Source: Chiloscyllium plagiosum | Lineage: Eukaryota | Assembly (NCBI RefSeq): GCF_004010195.1 | Contig: NC_057718.1 | Location: forward strand, 94,535,205-94,599,204 | Direction of reading: 5' to 3' | Length of the DNA: 64,000 nucleotides | Shown here: one piece after another, positions 1-12,961 of the stretch | Layout of the letters: the number at the start of each line of letters is the position of its first letter | How positions within the stretch are numbered: position 1 is the first letter of the stretch | Translations under genes and position numbers: made by a program | Notes under the pieces: model-generated | Databases searched by the model: none | Told to the model about the DNA's origin: nothing | What the model saw: only the letters and a program-made list of their open reading frames with translations

Positions 1-192
1 TGTGTGAGATAAGGCAAGGAATCAGTCTACCCATCAGGCTAAGTGGCTCATAACAGTTTTACTTTCTATATATTTCCATAATTAGTTATTGTAGACACAA
101 ACCAGATTTTCACCAGATGCTAAAGAGAGACATTAATATTCTGTAAAATAGCTATTGCTTTGCTACTCAATAGTCCCCAAATTAACACTGAT

Positions 193-468
193 GGGGTGGC
201 ACGGTGGCTCAGTGGTTAGCACTGTTGCCTCGCAGCGCTAGGGGCCCAGGTTCAATTCCTGCCTTGGGCAACTGTCTGTGTGGAATTTGCACATTCTCTG
301 CGTGAGTGTGCTCTGGTTTTCTCCCACAGTCCAAAAATGTACAGGTTAGATGAATTGCCCGTAGTGTTAGTTGCATTAGTCAGGGGTGAATGTAGGGGAA
401 TGGGTCTGGGTGGGTTGCTCTTCGGACGGTCGGTGTGGACTTGCTGGGCCAAAGGGAATCTAATCTAA
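193..468 (+). mobile_element. HE1-type V-SINE (tRNA-derived), near full length
   Basis: tRNA-like head GGTGGCTCAGTGGTTAGCACTG...GGTTCAATTCC (A/B boxes), V-domain GTGTGGAATTTGCACATTCTC...GGTTTTCTCCCACAGTCCAAA, CTAAT tail. Confidence 0.9.
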
Positions 469-967
469 ATTTTATGAACTGAACAAGCAAAGCAAAAAAA
501 AAGCTTAACATTTCCATGATTTATAGACACTCCTTGTCTTTATTGTCAAACCTTGAGTGGGCATACATTTCCTGTAGGCCAGCATTAATCTCATGATTTA
601 TGAAGTCAGATGGCAGATCCTAATTCACTGGAATAAAAAGAATCTGCATCCCATGACAAGAAAAATGAACTCTCTTGAATAAGCACCGATCTATCATTAT
701 TGACTGACAGTGGGTAAGAAATCACAGTAATTATTCTTACAGAATCAGATATGAGACAATTTGGGGAAAGATGGACTGGATTTTCAGTTTACAATATGCT
801 GGGTGAGGGCAAGGTCTGATAACATGCAGGAAACTAATAACGAAATGTAGATTGCCTGACATTTGTTCAGCCACAGCATTGCATTATTTCAAAAAAGAAC
901 CTACTTGTTACTCACTGCTTGAATGACAAAAACATTCAGTCTTAAATTGGGAATTGTAATTAAATTC

Positions 968-1144
968 CAGTGTCGAGAGTATGGTGCTGGAAAAGCACAG
1001 CCGGTCAGGCAGCATCTGAGGAGCAAGAAGGGCTGATGAAAGTTTTATGCCTGAATCGTCAATTCTCCTGCTCCTTGGATGCTGCCTTTTCCAGCACCAC
1101 ACTCTCGACTCTGATCTCCAGCATCTGCAGTCCTCACTTTCTCT
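968..1144. mobile_element. PLE family A terminal repeat, palindromic mini-element with degenerate hammerhead
   Basis: Arms GTCGAGAGTATGGTGCTGGAAAAG... and ...TTTTCCAGCACCACACTCTCGAC are reverse complements; the centre has CTGATGA...GAATCGTC; same sequence as the tail of the GIY-YIG-bearing copy at 34674-35132. Confidence 0.8.
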
Positions 1145-1254
1145 TAATTCAATTCCATTCACAACCTTGATTTATCGGGCAGGTAGATCAGGAATACAAG
1201 TCTTCAGCATTATAACTGGAATGTTGTCAGGGCCCAAATCCTCAGTCAGTATCT

Positions 1255-2130
1255 ACTGCCTTCTTCATAGCACATCGAGTGGATTGAATTGGCTGTAGAT
1301 TGGTACCTCTGTTACTGAAGACCTGTGAAGGAGGCTTAGATAGATTATCCATTTGGCACTTCTGCTGAAAAATGGTTGCGAACGTTTTGTCTGTTGCACC
1401 CATATCTGGATTCCATCATTACTGATGATGGGGTTATTAAACTCCCTGTTGGCTGTTTAATTGTCCACCATCATTGACATCTGGATGAGGCAAGGCTTCA
1501 GAGTTCATATCTGATCCTACAATCGCTTAACTATGTCTATTGCATGCAACTCCTGCCGTTTAGAACTCAAGCAGTCCCGCCAACAGCTTGACAACTTATT
1601 TTTGTGGGACTTCTGATATTGCTCCTGGCACATCCTCTTGCACTCTCCATTGACCCTTGGCTTGATGGTAATGGTAGAGTTGGGGTTGAACACAATTCTG
1701 CTGTTTGCCAATGGCACGCCCAGATCTGACTTCCTAAATCTGCTTGAAGTCTATCCCCATTTCACACAATATGCACAGAGGGTGACTGCAATGTGACTGA
1801 TGGTCTTTGTTTTCACAAGAACTGTGCAGTGGTTCCTCTCATCAATACTGTCATAGGCAAGTGGATCGGTGAGGATGAGGAAAAGTAAATTTTTCTCCCT
1901 TGTTGGTTTCCTCACCAACTACTGCAAATCCAGTACCCAACAGTGCTGTCTCCTAGGAGTCAGCCAGTGTGCTCAGTAATGGTGCTACTGAGTCGCTTGT
2001 GGAGGTGGAGATTGAAGTCCTCCATCCAGAGTATATTTTGTCGCCTTTCCACTCTCAATACCCAATGTGTGTTCAATAGGGAAACACGCTGATTCACCAA
2101 CTAAGTGGTGGATGGAGATGGTAGTTGAAG
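1255..2130 (-). mobile_element. Decayed CR1-group (L2/Crack-like) LINE, internal endonuclease-RT linker region
   Basis: Minus-strand remnants such as TITIKP...ECKRMCQEQ (ORF 1517-1717) and an ATIFS...KCQMDNLS-like motif; many frameshifts. Confidence 0.6.
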
Positions 2131-2349
2131 GTGCCAACACTTTAATAAAACTCCCATCTGATTGCAAACTGCTTAAAATCATGAGCATCTAACAGACATG
2201 ACTGAAGTGATTCAAACCATACCTTCAAACATACGCAACATGCCCATGTTTGTGCCTGTTATAATTTTTTTTAAGTCACTATAACTTGTTGCCTCTCTGA
2301 CAACTGCAGCCTGTTGCGTGTTATTCCCTGATGTCTGAGCTAAACCTGC

Positions 2350-4620
2350 TAGCTATCCTCTGGTGGACCCAGGCTTACTAGACGTGGGCCGCTCAGAGGC
2401 ATGTGCAGAGTCATTCTCCTCTGGCCTTGGGGGCACTGGGGAGGAGCAGTGACAGTGTACTCTTGGAGTGCCCTGAGGTAATGCCCTCAGCTCCCTGTCA
2501 GTGTGCAGTGGGCACCTCCCTAACCCCAGGAGGAGGACTTGGTTCTGGAGGGAAATCAAGCTGCCTTGTCCCCTTGTCTCCTAGCCATCACTGTGAGTTC
2601 TAATGCAGCGAGACTTGCTCTCAAATGCATGTGACAACTTCAGTCTGACAAACAAAACTGCAACAGTGTAGCAGGCTGCTCCAAGAAAGCCCTACCTGGA
2701 GTCCAAGGTTTTTGTTCATGACTAGAACTTGTCAGCAGTGGATAAGTCTATTTACCCCAGTAACCCACACTGTCTTGAGTTGTATGTGCTTGTGGTGAGA
2801 CACATGCAAGATTTGCCAAAGCAAATGTAGCTTGGGCAGACTTTTAACATCAGTCTCGGTGGAAAGAGGAGTATATCTGTCACCAAACTGCTCATTGGGA
2901 TCGTGCATTGAGTACCAGCAAAATACCAAGAAGCTCAAGCACATTCACTTGCACTACATTTGGGAGATTAGGTGGCAAAACAAAATACCAGACACTGAGG
3001 TGCTCATTCGAGCTGGCCTGCCAGATATCCAAACCGCATTGTGACAGCTATATCTGAACTAGGCTGATCCAGTAACCAGAGTACCTGATACTTACTTACC
3101 AAAGTGCATCTTCTATGGAGAGACTGGGGCTGTGCTCTCATGGTGGTCAAAGGAAGTGCTACAAGGACACTGCAAGGCTTTACTGGGGATTTTTGATATT
3201 GACCTGGAATCCTGGGAGAAAGTTGCCCTAGAATTGCTGCACCTGGCACAACCAAATAAAACGCAGTGCAAAAACAAGCCCACGTCAGATCAATGTGAAG
3301 GTTAGGGCAGAGGAACACCTGAGCTATAGCCAGTCCAAAGCTCAATCACCTGTGGTCTCCTATTGCCCTGCAGCGGAAAGTTCCAGGCACAGACCTACCT
3401 CAGCAGTTACCTACTTACCCACCAAAACCCAACCAAATACCCCAGTGATGAATTGATTACCTTCACCTCAAAGTATGATTAAAAGCGGCCCCTGTATAAT
3501 GTCTACGAACAGAGCAATGGAGTGCAGGTCTACCCAGCAGCCACGGAGTGCTCTACTGTACCTGGTTTTCCCTTACAATTGCCCTCCTCCACACAGAGAA
3601 AGACATTCACTCACATGCGAGAGTTACTTGTGCATGAGACGGATTCCTCCACCTTTTATTCAAGGCTGTGCATGATCTCTAGCCTCTCCTGCCTATCTCT
3701 GCATCTCCATCAGGTTTATTATGGCCCTTTCCACATTAGCATTGGGGATGTTTAATCTCCAGTGCCCTCTTGACTGTTTGATACCTGGGCTGCCTCACCC
3801 TCTGCCAGTTTCTGAAATGTCCCAGAGATGTGCTGACTGGGCTGTGACCCTGAGTCTAACCATGAACACAGACCCATTGAAGTGACTCACTGCTGCTGGA
3901 GAGTGTCGCTGAATAATGTGACAATGCATCTTTGGAGTGGTCCATATCATCAAGCTCAGGGTTAGAGACTGGACTGACTCCAGGCTCTTCCTGCCCTCTG
4001 CTCTGGCTGCAAGGACCAGAAAGTAACTCACGGCTGCACACAGTCTCTTTTCAAATCAATGTATTATACATTTCACGGGCAGGATGGAGAGATCCTCAGG
4101 CTAGTGGCTGGGCAATTAGTGCAGATATTTGAGTATGGTGCTAATAATGCTAAGTCACAGGCTCATTCCCTGTACTCCCAGCACCTATCATCTCAATATC
4201 GTCAGACTCTATGCCCCACAGGATCATCCAGTTTCCATACCAGCTAATTCTGTTGATATCTCTTCTGTAGGGATGCCCTAATAATCTAACGTCACTCACA
4301 GCTCCATCATATTTGCTTGTCCATGGTGCTGTATCTTGCATTCAGACAAAAGAATTGAGCTTCACTTGAATGAGCAGCTCACCCCATTCTCAGCACACAG
4401 GCCTCCGAGCAGCTCCCAGTCAGTGTTCCACACTTTCAGAGCCTCCTGCAACAGGTATGACTGCAGCACCTTGGAATGGCTCCCACACATTGGCTGCAAT
4501 CTTCCCAGGACTTGTTATGACATGGCATTGGTGAGCAAGTTGGGAAAATCGGCTGAAGTCGGCAGTGAGAGATTCCGACGTTCCCAAAGTGTCTCGTTCT
4601 CCAACTCAGTGTTGAGCGAC
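2350..4620 (-). mobile_element. Possible ancient PIF/Harbinger remnant (Myb/SANT-like ORF), interrupted by an RTE
   Basis: Minus strand 4436-4520 reads SWEDCSQCVGAIPRCCSHTCCRRL, resembling the trihelix W-E-x-I-A...C-R-K-R motif; low-complexity PGSTRG-type C-terminus near 2360. Heavily decayed. Confidence 0.3.
2790..3480 (+). mobile_element. RTE-clade LINE, 3' fragment (decayed)
   Basis: RWQNKIPDTEVLIRAGLPDIQ, then RVPDTYLPKCIFYGE...HGGQRKCYKD...FDIDLESWE, the typical RTE C-terminal motifs. Confidence 0.85.
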
Positions 4621-5629
4621 GAGATGGGATTCTCACTAGTGAGTGGCAAGAGGTCCACTTGTATGGATTAGCATGTGTCAAGATCCTCATGATTAGCTAA
4701 TTTCACCTCAATGATTTGCAATGTTCCATTCTCCCACACGCAACTGAAATTAGATGGTTACAATTCCCGCGTGAAAATCAGAGCAGTTACCTAGCTACTC
4801 CAACTCACTACTCTGCACACTTGCTCTCTGTCTTAGATGCCTGGCACCAAGATCTCAGGTTACATGTGATCTTGGTGCCTCCCTCATCACCACTCATCCA
4901 TAACATTGGCTTCCAACATGCAAAGCCTCATCACACTCTCACGACACATCTCCAACCTACTTGCAATAACGTACTGCGATTCCATGCTGCATTTTGGGGT
5001 GCTCCAGCACCCTGAGTGTAATGATGCTGCCAGGGTTCTTTGCCCTCAATATTAAGCCGTTCCTCTGCCTGCTGTATCATAGCCCTGTTTCCAACAAATA
5101 GTTAGCAATGAGCTATAACTGTATGTTATTTGATCCAAATTACTTCCAAGACCATTTGTTGTATCTTCTGTTGCAATGCCTCTAGCTGTGCTTCACTGAT
5201 CCAACAGAGCAGCCTTCCAGAATTCAGAATGGGACAAATGCTTCCTTCCATTAGCTAGCGGGAAAGGAAAGTGCAGGCTACAAAACTGCAGTCGTGAGGC
5301 CTCCGTTGCAACAGGACTTGAGGAAGTTGGGATTGTATTCAAGCCTTCTTGAATGTAGAAAAAGGCCAGAAAGCAGAATGCCAAGTGATCCAGGCAAACT
5401 GACTGCATAAAGTTCTGATGCTTCATGCTTTACGTGTCAATCCCTGAACTCAACCTTAGGTGCCAGAGCAAACAGAGGTGGTACCCTCCCTGTCTATCAT
5501 AGGGACTGGGAGGAAAACCAGATTGAAAAGCTAAGACCAGTTCAGAGAATAAAACATCAGGAAGAATCCTCAGGAATCAGCTAACTGGAATAGTGCAGTA
5601 CACCAGGGTGGTCATGATTACAATCTTAA

Positions 5630-5756
5630 AATAAAACCAAGATCTGCGGATGCTGGAAATCTGAAACCAAAACAGAAATTACTGGAGAAACCCAGCCACA
5701 TCTGTGGACAGAAAGCGGAGTCACTGTTTCAGGTGCAGTGACCCTTCATCAGAAAT
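5630..5756 (-). mobile_element. PLE family C terminal repeat with degenerate hammerhead
   Basis: Minus strand CTGATGA-A-GGGTCACTGCACCT-GAAA-CAGT; homologous to 12962-13210. Confidence 0.7.
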
Positions 5757-5896
5757 GAGTTAGACTAAACCGAAACTAGAGTTAAACTAGGTTAAAAGAG
5801 GGTAACCTTGTTCTTTGGTATCTGTCTGTTGTCTGATGCAATTCCATCTAAGCTGGGAACTAGCCTGAATCTCCATTAAAGATAAACGGTCACAGA

Positions 5897-6450
5897 CTCA
5901 TAGAGTCATAGAGATATAGAACACAGAAACAGACCCTTCGGTCCAACTCGTCCATGCTGACCAGATATCCTAAATTAATCTAGTCCCATTTGCCAACATT
6001 TGGCCCATATCCCTCCAAACACTCCCTATTCAATACTCATCCTTTTAAATGCTGTGATTGTACAAGCCTCCACCACTCCCTCTGGCAGCTGATTCCACAC
6101 ACGCACCACCCTCTGTGTGAAAAAGTTACCTCTTAGCTCCCTTTTAACTCTTTCTCCTCTCACCATAAACCTATGCCCTTTAGTTTTGGACACCCCTACC
6201 CTGAGGAAAAAGACCTTGGTCATTCACCCTATCCATGACCCTCATGATTTTATAAATCTCTGCAAGATCACCCCTCATCCTCTGACACTGCAGGGGAAAT
6301 AAGATAACCCCAGTCTATTCATCCTCTCCTTATAGCTCAAATCCTCTAAACTCCGCCAAACCCTCGTCAATCTTTTCTGAACTCTTTCAAGTTTAACCAC
6401 ATCTTTCCTATAGCAGGGAGACCAGAATTAAACGCAGTATTCCATAAGTC
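5897..6450 (-). mobile_element. CR1 LINE (HER1-type) 3' fragment
   Basis: ORF 6026-6223 TKGHRFMVRGER...RGNFFTQRVVRVWNQLP; (CTATGACT)n tail on the minus strand. Confidence 0.92.
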
Positions 6451-6726
6451 ACTCAGAATCCAACTTGTGTAATAAGCCAATTATTCTCTGTGGAATAAAA
6501 AAATTACCCAAAATCTGTAGAGCAAAGGCAAGTACTCTGGCTACTGAGATGTTATAGTAAGATCCAATATAGTGAAAGTGAAACCTGGATCTGTAGGGCT
6601 GCAGATAACATGTCCTCACTTACCATGCTCTGTATATAGCTCTGTTCCAAAGAGTTGCTGCTGTGCATTCACAAAGTGGTAGATGTCACATTACTGCAAC
6701 ATCCAACACTTAAACATGTTTATACC

Positions 6727-6922
6727 GTTAAAAATCACACAACACCAGGTTATAGTCCAACAGGTTTAATTGGAAGCACTGGCTTTGTCCACAACTACCT
6801 GATGAAGGAGCGGCGCTCCGAAAGCTAGTGTGCTTCCAATCAAACCTATTGGACTATAACTTGGTGTTGTGTGATTTTTAACTTTGTACACCCCAGTCCA
6901 ACACCAGCATCTCCAAATCATG
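6727..6922. mobile_element. PLE family B palindromic mini-element
   Basis: About 60-bp inverted arms (GTTAAAAATCACACAACACCAGGTTATAGTCCAACAGG / CCTATTGGACTATAACTTGGTGTTGTGTGATTTTTAAC) around a hammerhead; further copies at 20772, 23049 and 24290. PLE assignment is by analogy, as no family B ORF is in the window. Confidence 0.7.
6796..6830 (+). ncRNA. Minimal type I hammerhead ribozyme motif, core intact
   Basis: tac-CTGATGA-a-ggagc(ggc)gctcc-GAAA-gcta-gtg: stem I tac/gtg, 5-bp stem II, palindromic AGCT helix III, CUA cleavage triplet. Confidence 0.8.
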
Positions 6923-7099
6923 ACAGTTTATATCCTTCACCTTGATGCTCCTAGCTTCCTAACTTGGAATTATTAGGGAGTGTGTACACAATCTAGTCCC
7001 TTCATTATTTTAAAGACCTCAGTTAAATTGTGTCATTGTTCAGTTTTCTGCAAAGGATATGGACCGATATGTTTTCACCTCATCTGGTGGCTAATGAGC

Positions 7100-7430
7100 T
7101 AGAATAGCACTGTCAAAGTTATCATCTTTGCGATAAGATGGTTAGTCAAAGACTTGTCTGCCATATCAAGTGGGTGTAGCAATGCTGGTAGTGTTTATAA
7201 AGAAGGGACACTCCTGGGGACTCCGACTAACATTTATCCCTCAACCATCAATACAGGTGATCCAATCACTATCGCATTGCTGCTTGTGGAGATTGCTGTC
7301 TTCAAATTGAAAGTATTCTTTCTGACAATATAACAGCTCCGACAGATGCATGGTCATCTGTAAAGAACTTCAGACCATCCAAAAATTGTGAAGCAGTTTC
7401 CATGGTTGGCAAGATTTTTGAATTCTCGTT
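7100..7430 (+). mobile_element. Ancient DeuSINE (SacSINE1-like), decayed
   Basis: ACATTTATCCCTCAACCA...TATCGCATTGCTGCTTGTGG..TTGCTGT..CAAATTG resembles the Deu-domain and 3' region; homologous to 24520-24780. Confidence 0.55.
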
Positions 7431-8678
7431 CTTTTCTAAAGCTTTCTATCCTTCCCTAACCACCTGTTCCCTGCCACAACACAAATCTTCAGGCTAAATG
7501 TTCAGCAGGTTTTCCTTCCAATTTCCAGGAATTAAATCAACAAAAAGGAGCCTCCACATTTTCCATTCTCTGTCACCACTGCATCACGTCTCCCACCACT
7601 AACCTCCACCCTCACGTCACTGGCTCACTAGGCACTAGAGCTCACCCCAAGAAGTACTCACGTTCAACCACAACCATGCGCATTGTGGATGTGGGAATGG
7701 TGATGATAATAGGATCAGAAACGCTTTTACATCAGTGATCTTTTTCCCTTTTTAAAGTGCATTTTGTTGTCACTCTACAATTTATTTCGGTAACTTGCTT
7801 TCGCAAAAATCAGCAGTGAAAACGCAAGTTCTTAGATAAACACACGTTCTTAAGTTGTTGGTCAAAGCGATAATCAAAAGTTTTTGCATTTGGTTCATTG
7901 TAAAATTGCTCCCACAGTGAAGAGAAACCTCAATGAAGCATAATAATAGCAAAGCAATTGTGTTCTTTATTTGATATTTCTGATAACCCTCGATTGCTTG
8001 TAACTTAAAAGAATTCCTATTTAGACAAGTAATGATGGATTGGACTGAATATAATAATCTTGAATATAAAATATGTAAAAAATATCACCTACATGGAAGA
8101 ATTTGAACAGAGAGAACATATGGTAGCGCAAGAGTTCAGATTTATTCACTGAAAGCTTGGGTTAACATGGTGCAAAAAGTTGTCAAGTTGTGGTTCTGAA
8201 AGAAGGGCGTGAGTCAGCTTCTGTCATTTATTTCCCTAATGAAAGGAAATAGTTGCTGGAGAATGTGGCAAAGCAAGATTTAACCTTGTTTAGTCCTTAA
8301 GGAGATCAGCAAGGCAGATATAAGCTAAAACAAACAGAGCTAGGGGCCCTATCTGTTCTGTGTAAAAATAGTGAGAAGGCAGAGAACAAACTATTAACAG
8401 AATGGAAAATAACCTGAAATATAAATATCTCATCGAGCAATTTTCTGTATAGTTCACAACCTCAACACCCCTTTTCCCCCTTTACAACTTGAATAGTCAA
8501 ATCATATTTTAATACAGTTCTTTAAAGCAACATTGTGTGCTTTTATTTTATGTTTGAAAGGTGTGATATACAAAGGTGACTTGAAAAATGTGTATTATTA
8601 TGCAGTAAGTTGTTAGGATTTGCAATGCACCCCCCATAAAAGTAAATTCACCATAATCCTACCAGAGCATAGGGCTGT

Positions 8679-9030
8679 GGGCAGCATGGTGGCTCAGTAG
8701 TTAGCACTGCTGCCTCACAGTGCCAGGGACCTAGGTTCGATTCCCACCTCAGGTGACTGTCTGTGTGGAGTTTACACATTCTCCTCCTGTCTGTGCGGGT
8801 TTCCTCTGGGTGCTGTGGTTTCCTCCCACAGTCCAAAGATGTGCAGGTTAAGTGAATTGGCTGTGCTAGATTGCCTATAGTGTTGAGGGATGTATATGTT
8901 AGGTGCATTAGTCAAGGGAAATGTAAAGTAATAGGGTGGGGGAATGGATCTGGGTGGGATACTGTTCAGATGGTCGGTTTGGACTTGTCGGGCTGAATTG
9001 TCTGTTTCCACACTGTCGGGATTCGATGAG
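8679..9030 (+). mobile_element. HE1 V-SINE, full length
   Basis: tRNA head with GGTTCGATTCC B box, V-domain, CR1-derived 3' end GGGCTGAATTGTCTGTTTCCACACTG. Confidence 0.92.
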
Positions 9031-9034
9031 ACTC

Positions 9035-9185
9035 TCATCAGAGAGAGATGACTGCTGGTGGTTTAACCTAAGGGAGAAAGGTCAAAAAGGAAAGTCTTTC
9101 ATGGTAATGTCAGCCAGTGTGGGAATTGAAACCACACTGATGGAATTACTCTGCTTTGCTAACTAGCCAGCTGAGCTAACCGAAA
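9035..9185 (-). mobile_element. Short tRNA-derived SINE remnant
   Basis: Minus strand CGGTTAGCTCAGCTGG (A box) ... GGTTTCAATTCCC (B box). Confidence 0.55.
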
Positions 9186-9589
9186 GCAGACTCAAACAAA
9201 AAGGGGTCTGACTATTCATTACGTGAGGAGAAATCTTGCAGAGCTGCAGGGCAATGGGACCAGTGAGCCACTCTTATAGAGAACCAACCCTGACACAAAT
9301 GGGCTGAATGGTTTCCTTCAAACGTCATTCTATATTTCCATCAAGTCGTATCTATATCCAAGCTTTATTATTATCAATTTGTTATGTCATTGATCTGAAA
9401 ATCCTTCAAACGTATTTGTTCCTCAGGTATTCCGATTGAGATGGGAAGATTTCTTCCATGCAGTGACAGCGGAAAAATCAACAACCTGTCCCTTATAACA
9501 ACATTTATGATTTTTGATACGTCTAATTTAAAGAGGAATTTTAACCTTCCTTCTTTATCTATAAACTTACAGGATACCTCAGGAGGAAA

Positions 9590-9990
9590 GGTGGTGCAGG
9601 TTTATCTGTACTCAGTGGAGTTTAGAAGAATGAGAGGTGATCTTATGAAATGTGTAAAATTCAAAGGGGTTTTGACAGAGTAGATCTTGAAAGGATCTTG
9701 CCCCTCCCAGAGGATTCTAGAATTAGGAGCCATCGTTCAGAATAAGGCGTCAGCCATTTACAATGGAGTAGAGGAGGAAGCTCCTAGATAGTTGTAAACC
9801 TTTGGAAATAGGGCAGTGAGCTGGGTCATTGACTACATTCAAAGCAGACATAGTCCATATTTTGAACTTGAGGGGAACTAGGGCAATGAGGTAGAAGTTG
9901 CTGAACCCAAAGTCAGATCAGCCACAATTTTATTGAATGGCAAAACAGGTTGGACCACTTACCCATATCCTGCTTCTATTTCTTTAAATT
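9590..9990 (+). mobile_element. Old CR1 3' fragment
   Basis: LYSVEFRRMRGDL motif followed by a CR1-type 3' UTR. Confidence 0.75.
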
Positions 9991-10587
9991 CTTTGTGAAA
10001 GACATTGATCCATTGTTCAAACAGAATGGGAAGGCCCAAGGCTCCTCAAAGGTTGTTTCTCGATCGTCACTTCAATGAAGCCAGTGCAGCTTAACAGCTT
10101 GCTGTAATGGACCAGCAAGAAACCAGGTAGTGGGTAATAATGCAAATTCCATCAGTAACTGGGGGCCAGGGTCTGTTTGGGGTTGGAGGCATCACAAGGC
10201 TGGGGTTGGAGGTTGGATTTTGGTTCGAGGGGATTGGGGTGGGGGAGAGGGGCGGTGGTAAGGAATCAGTGATCCAGAAATGGCAAACCAATATTGGAAC
10301 GGGAGTCAGGTCAAGGACCAGAAGTGATGGTGATCAGGGGTATGGTTAAATAAAAGGTAGCAACCCTCCTCCAAGCACCACCTTCCAAGCAATTTGCACA
10401 CTTCTTTGTTGTGAGATTATGTGTTGTATTTGGTACTGCCAATGATTGCATTACCTTCTGTAAGGTGACCCGCTGTTGGACAGGAGATCTTAAATTGTCT
10501 CGAGATCCTTTAATGTGTGTGCTTTGGAAATGAGAGAAGACTCCTCCTGTCTGTGCCCACCCTAATAGCGCCACAGTCCACTTAGAC

Positions 10588-10960
10588 TCAGAGTTATATA
10601 GAGTTGTACAGCATGGAAACAAATCCTTTGGTCCAACTTGTCCATGCCAACCAGATATCGTAAATTAATCTAGTCCCATTTGCCAGTATTTGGCGCATAT
10701 CCCTCTAAACCCTTCTTATTCATATACCCATCCAGATGCTTTTTAAATGTTGTTATTGTACCAGCCTCCACAACTTCCTCTGGCAATTCATTCCATACAC
10801 CCGCATCACCCTCTGCATGAAAAGCTTGCCCCTTAGGTCCCTTTTAAATCTTTCTCCTCTCACTTTAAACCTATGCCCTCTAGTTTTGGTCTCCCCTCCC
10901 CTCGGGAAAAGATCTTGACTTTTCACCCTATCCATGTCCCTCATGATTTAATAAATTTCC
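10588..10960 (-). mobile_element. CR1 LINE 3' fragment
   Basis: ORF 10753-10944 TRGHRFKVRGERFKRDLRG; CR1 3' UTR. Confidence 0.92.
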
Positions 10961-11964
10961 GTAAATCGTCCTTCTGCTTGCTATGTCTCACTCATATTTC
11001 CAACCAATAATTAGGACTAAGTTGGATTTGTGTATTATTTGATCCAATTATGCCATTACTTCCAAGATAGCTTCTTGTGCTGCCTGCTGTTGTATTTAAC
11101 AGGGCTGCCTCCCAGAGTTCAGACAAATGTTTAAATTCGGGTCAATCAAAATTAATTCAATGCGACCTAATATGGATCACCTCAATGGAAACTTGATACT
11201 GAAGCTTGGTCTTCGCAGGGCAGCACCTAGCGATTGGATTTCTCCACAGCCCTGTTCAGCCTGATTAAAATAGTCATATCTGTATAAAGCCAACCATTGA
11301 CAATCTCCCTCCTGGGCAACTGGAAGTTGACTTAACGTCTCTTTGCATCAATGTTGAGGTCTATAAATATTGGCAAATTAGTCATAGTATGAATTTTGCC
11401 TCATCACTGAAATCATTTACTTTAATCCCTTCACTGGCAAAGTAAGCTTAGACTGGGGGCCTTACACAGGAACCTTTTCAGGCAGGTTCAATTTCCGACA
11501 GTGGGGCGGGGGAGAGTTTAGAAACCAGAAACAGACGGCTTAAGAAACTCCGTATCTGAAATAGAGATGAAAATTCCTGGGAAAGTTCACAGTACATCAG
11601 ATGTGTGACCTGTCGTGCCGTGCTGCTTTCTTCTTAGCCCATTCATCATTCCACTTCCTGCCCTGCTCGTGGTATACAATGCAGGGTTACGTGGCTTCCT
11701 CCAGCCAGCTGGTTTCCACTCCCTATCCCCAGTCCCCCTCCCTCCCTCAGAAAGCATATTCCCTGAGACAGCAATGTCACCCAGTACAACGGAGTTTGAC
11801 TTCCTTGACCCAATCGCAGAAGAGGACTAGGATGGGGTGTGTGTGTGTGGAGGCTTGGTGGGGGTGGGGGTGGAAGTGTGTTAAGGGTTGGGTGTTGGGT
11901 CAGGGAGCAGGGGATGTCTGAGCTTGGATCTCAGAGTCAGGGGCGCTGGTGCGGGTGGTTGGGC

Positions 11965-12405
11965 TCAGGCATGGAGGGACTATCTTATGAGGAGATGTTG
12001 AGCAGATTGGGCCCACACTCATTGGAATGGAGGAGAATGAGAGGCCATCTTATTGAAATAGACAAGATTCTTAGAAAACTTGACAGAATAGATGCAGAGA
12101 GGTTGTTTCCCATTGTGGGAGAGTCTAGCACCAGAGGGTACAATCTCAGAATAAGCGGTCAGATATTTAAGTCAGAGATGAGGAGTAATTCCTTCCTTGA
12201 GGGTGGTGAATCTGACAAATTCTTTAGAGCAGAGGGATATGGAGGCTGTGCATTTTAATAGATTCAAGATGAAAATTTTTAAACAGTAATGGAATCAAGA
12301 GGTGTGTGGAACAAGGAGGAGAGTGGGTAGTTGAGGAATATCAGACCAGCCATTGAATGGTAGAGCAGATTTTGATGGGCTGAATAGCCTATTTCTTATG
12401 GCCTC
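11965..12405 (+). mobile_element. CR1 3' fragment (older subfamily)
   Basis: GMEGLSYEEMLSRLG..SLEWRRMRGHLIE..KILRKLDRIDAERLFP..GESSTRG. Confidence 0.88.
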
Positions 12406-12961
12406 ACAATCAGACAGAGTGATTGCGGTCAGAGGGAGTAAAAATAGGTGACTCATGATAATGTACAGGGGGAAGGGGGACATTTCAAGGCATCCAAAAT
12501 CAGTTCACATTTCCCACTGTGACCTCCATTTTGAGGCTTATGAATTGTTCTGACCTCTCAATGTGTACGGTGAAAGCATGGACTTCTTTGAGCAGGAACG
12601 TGGCTGTTATACTGAATTACATCTAGATCACAGCAAGTTACATTTGTCTTTAAACAAAGAAAACATTAGGGTCTAGGCTACCTTCTTAACACATTTTGAG
12701 GGGGTCTCTGGTCTAGTCCATAACACTAGGAACATTATGGCTTAAATAGTAGAGCAGTTGCTTAACGTACAAGCGGTAGTAGGATTGATGCCCACTTCTC
12801 CACTTTGGCTTTTCATTAATTATGTATGAAAGAATGAATAGATGGATTTCTAGAATTTCAAGCTGTCTAGGGTTATGAGGAGAGAGCAGGAGAATGGCAT
12901 TGTCACCTTGTTCATGGTGGAACGGGCTCAATGGCCTACTCCAGGTTTCTATCCTTCCATA

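Noticed and set aside
6727..6922. Palindromic elements as DNA-transposon MITEs or pre-miRNAs
   Set aside because: Unequal arms, variable junctions, long variable TSDs and a hammerhead core fit PLE inverted termini; no known miRNA recognised.
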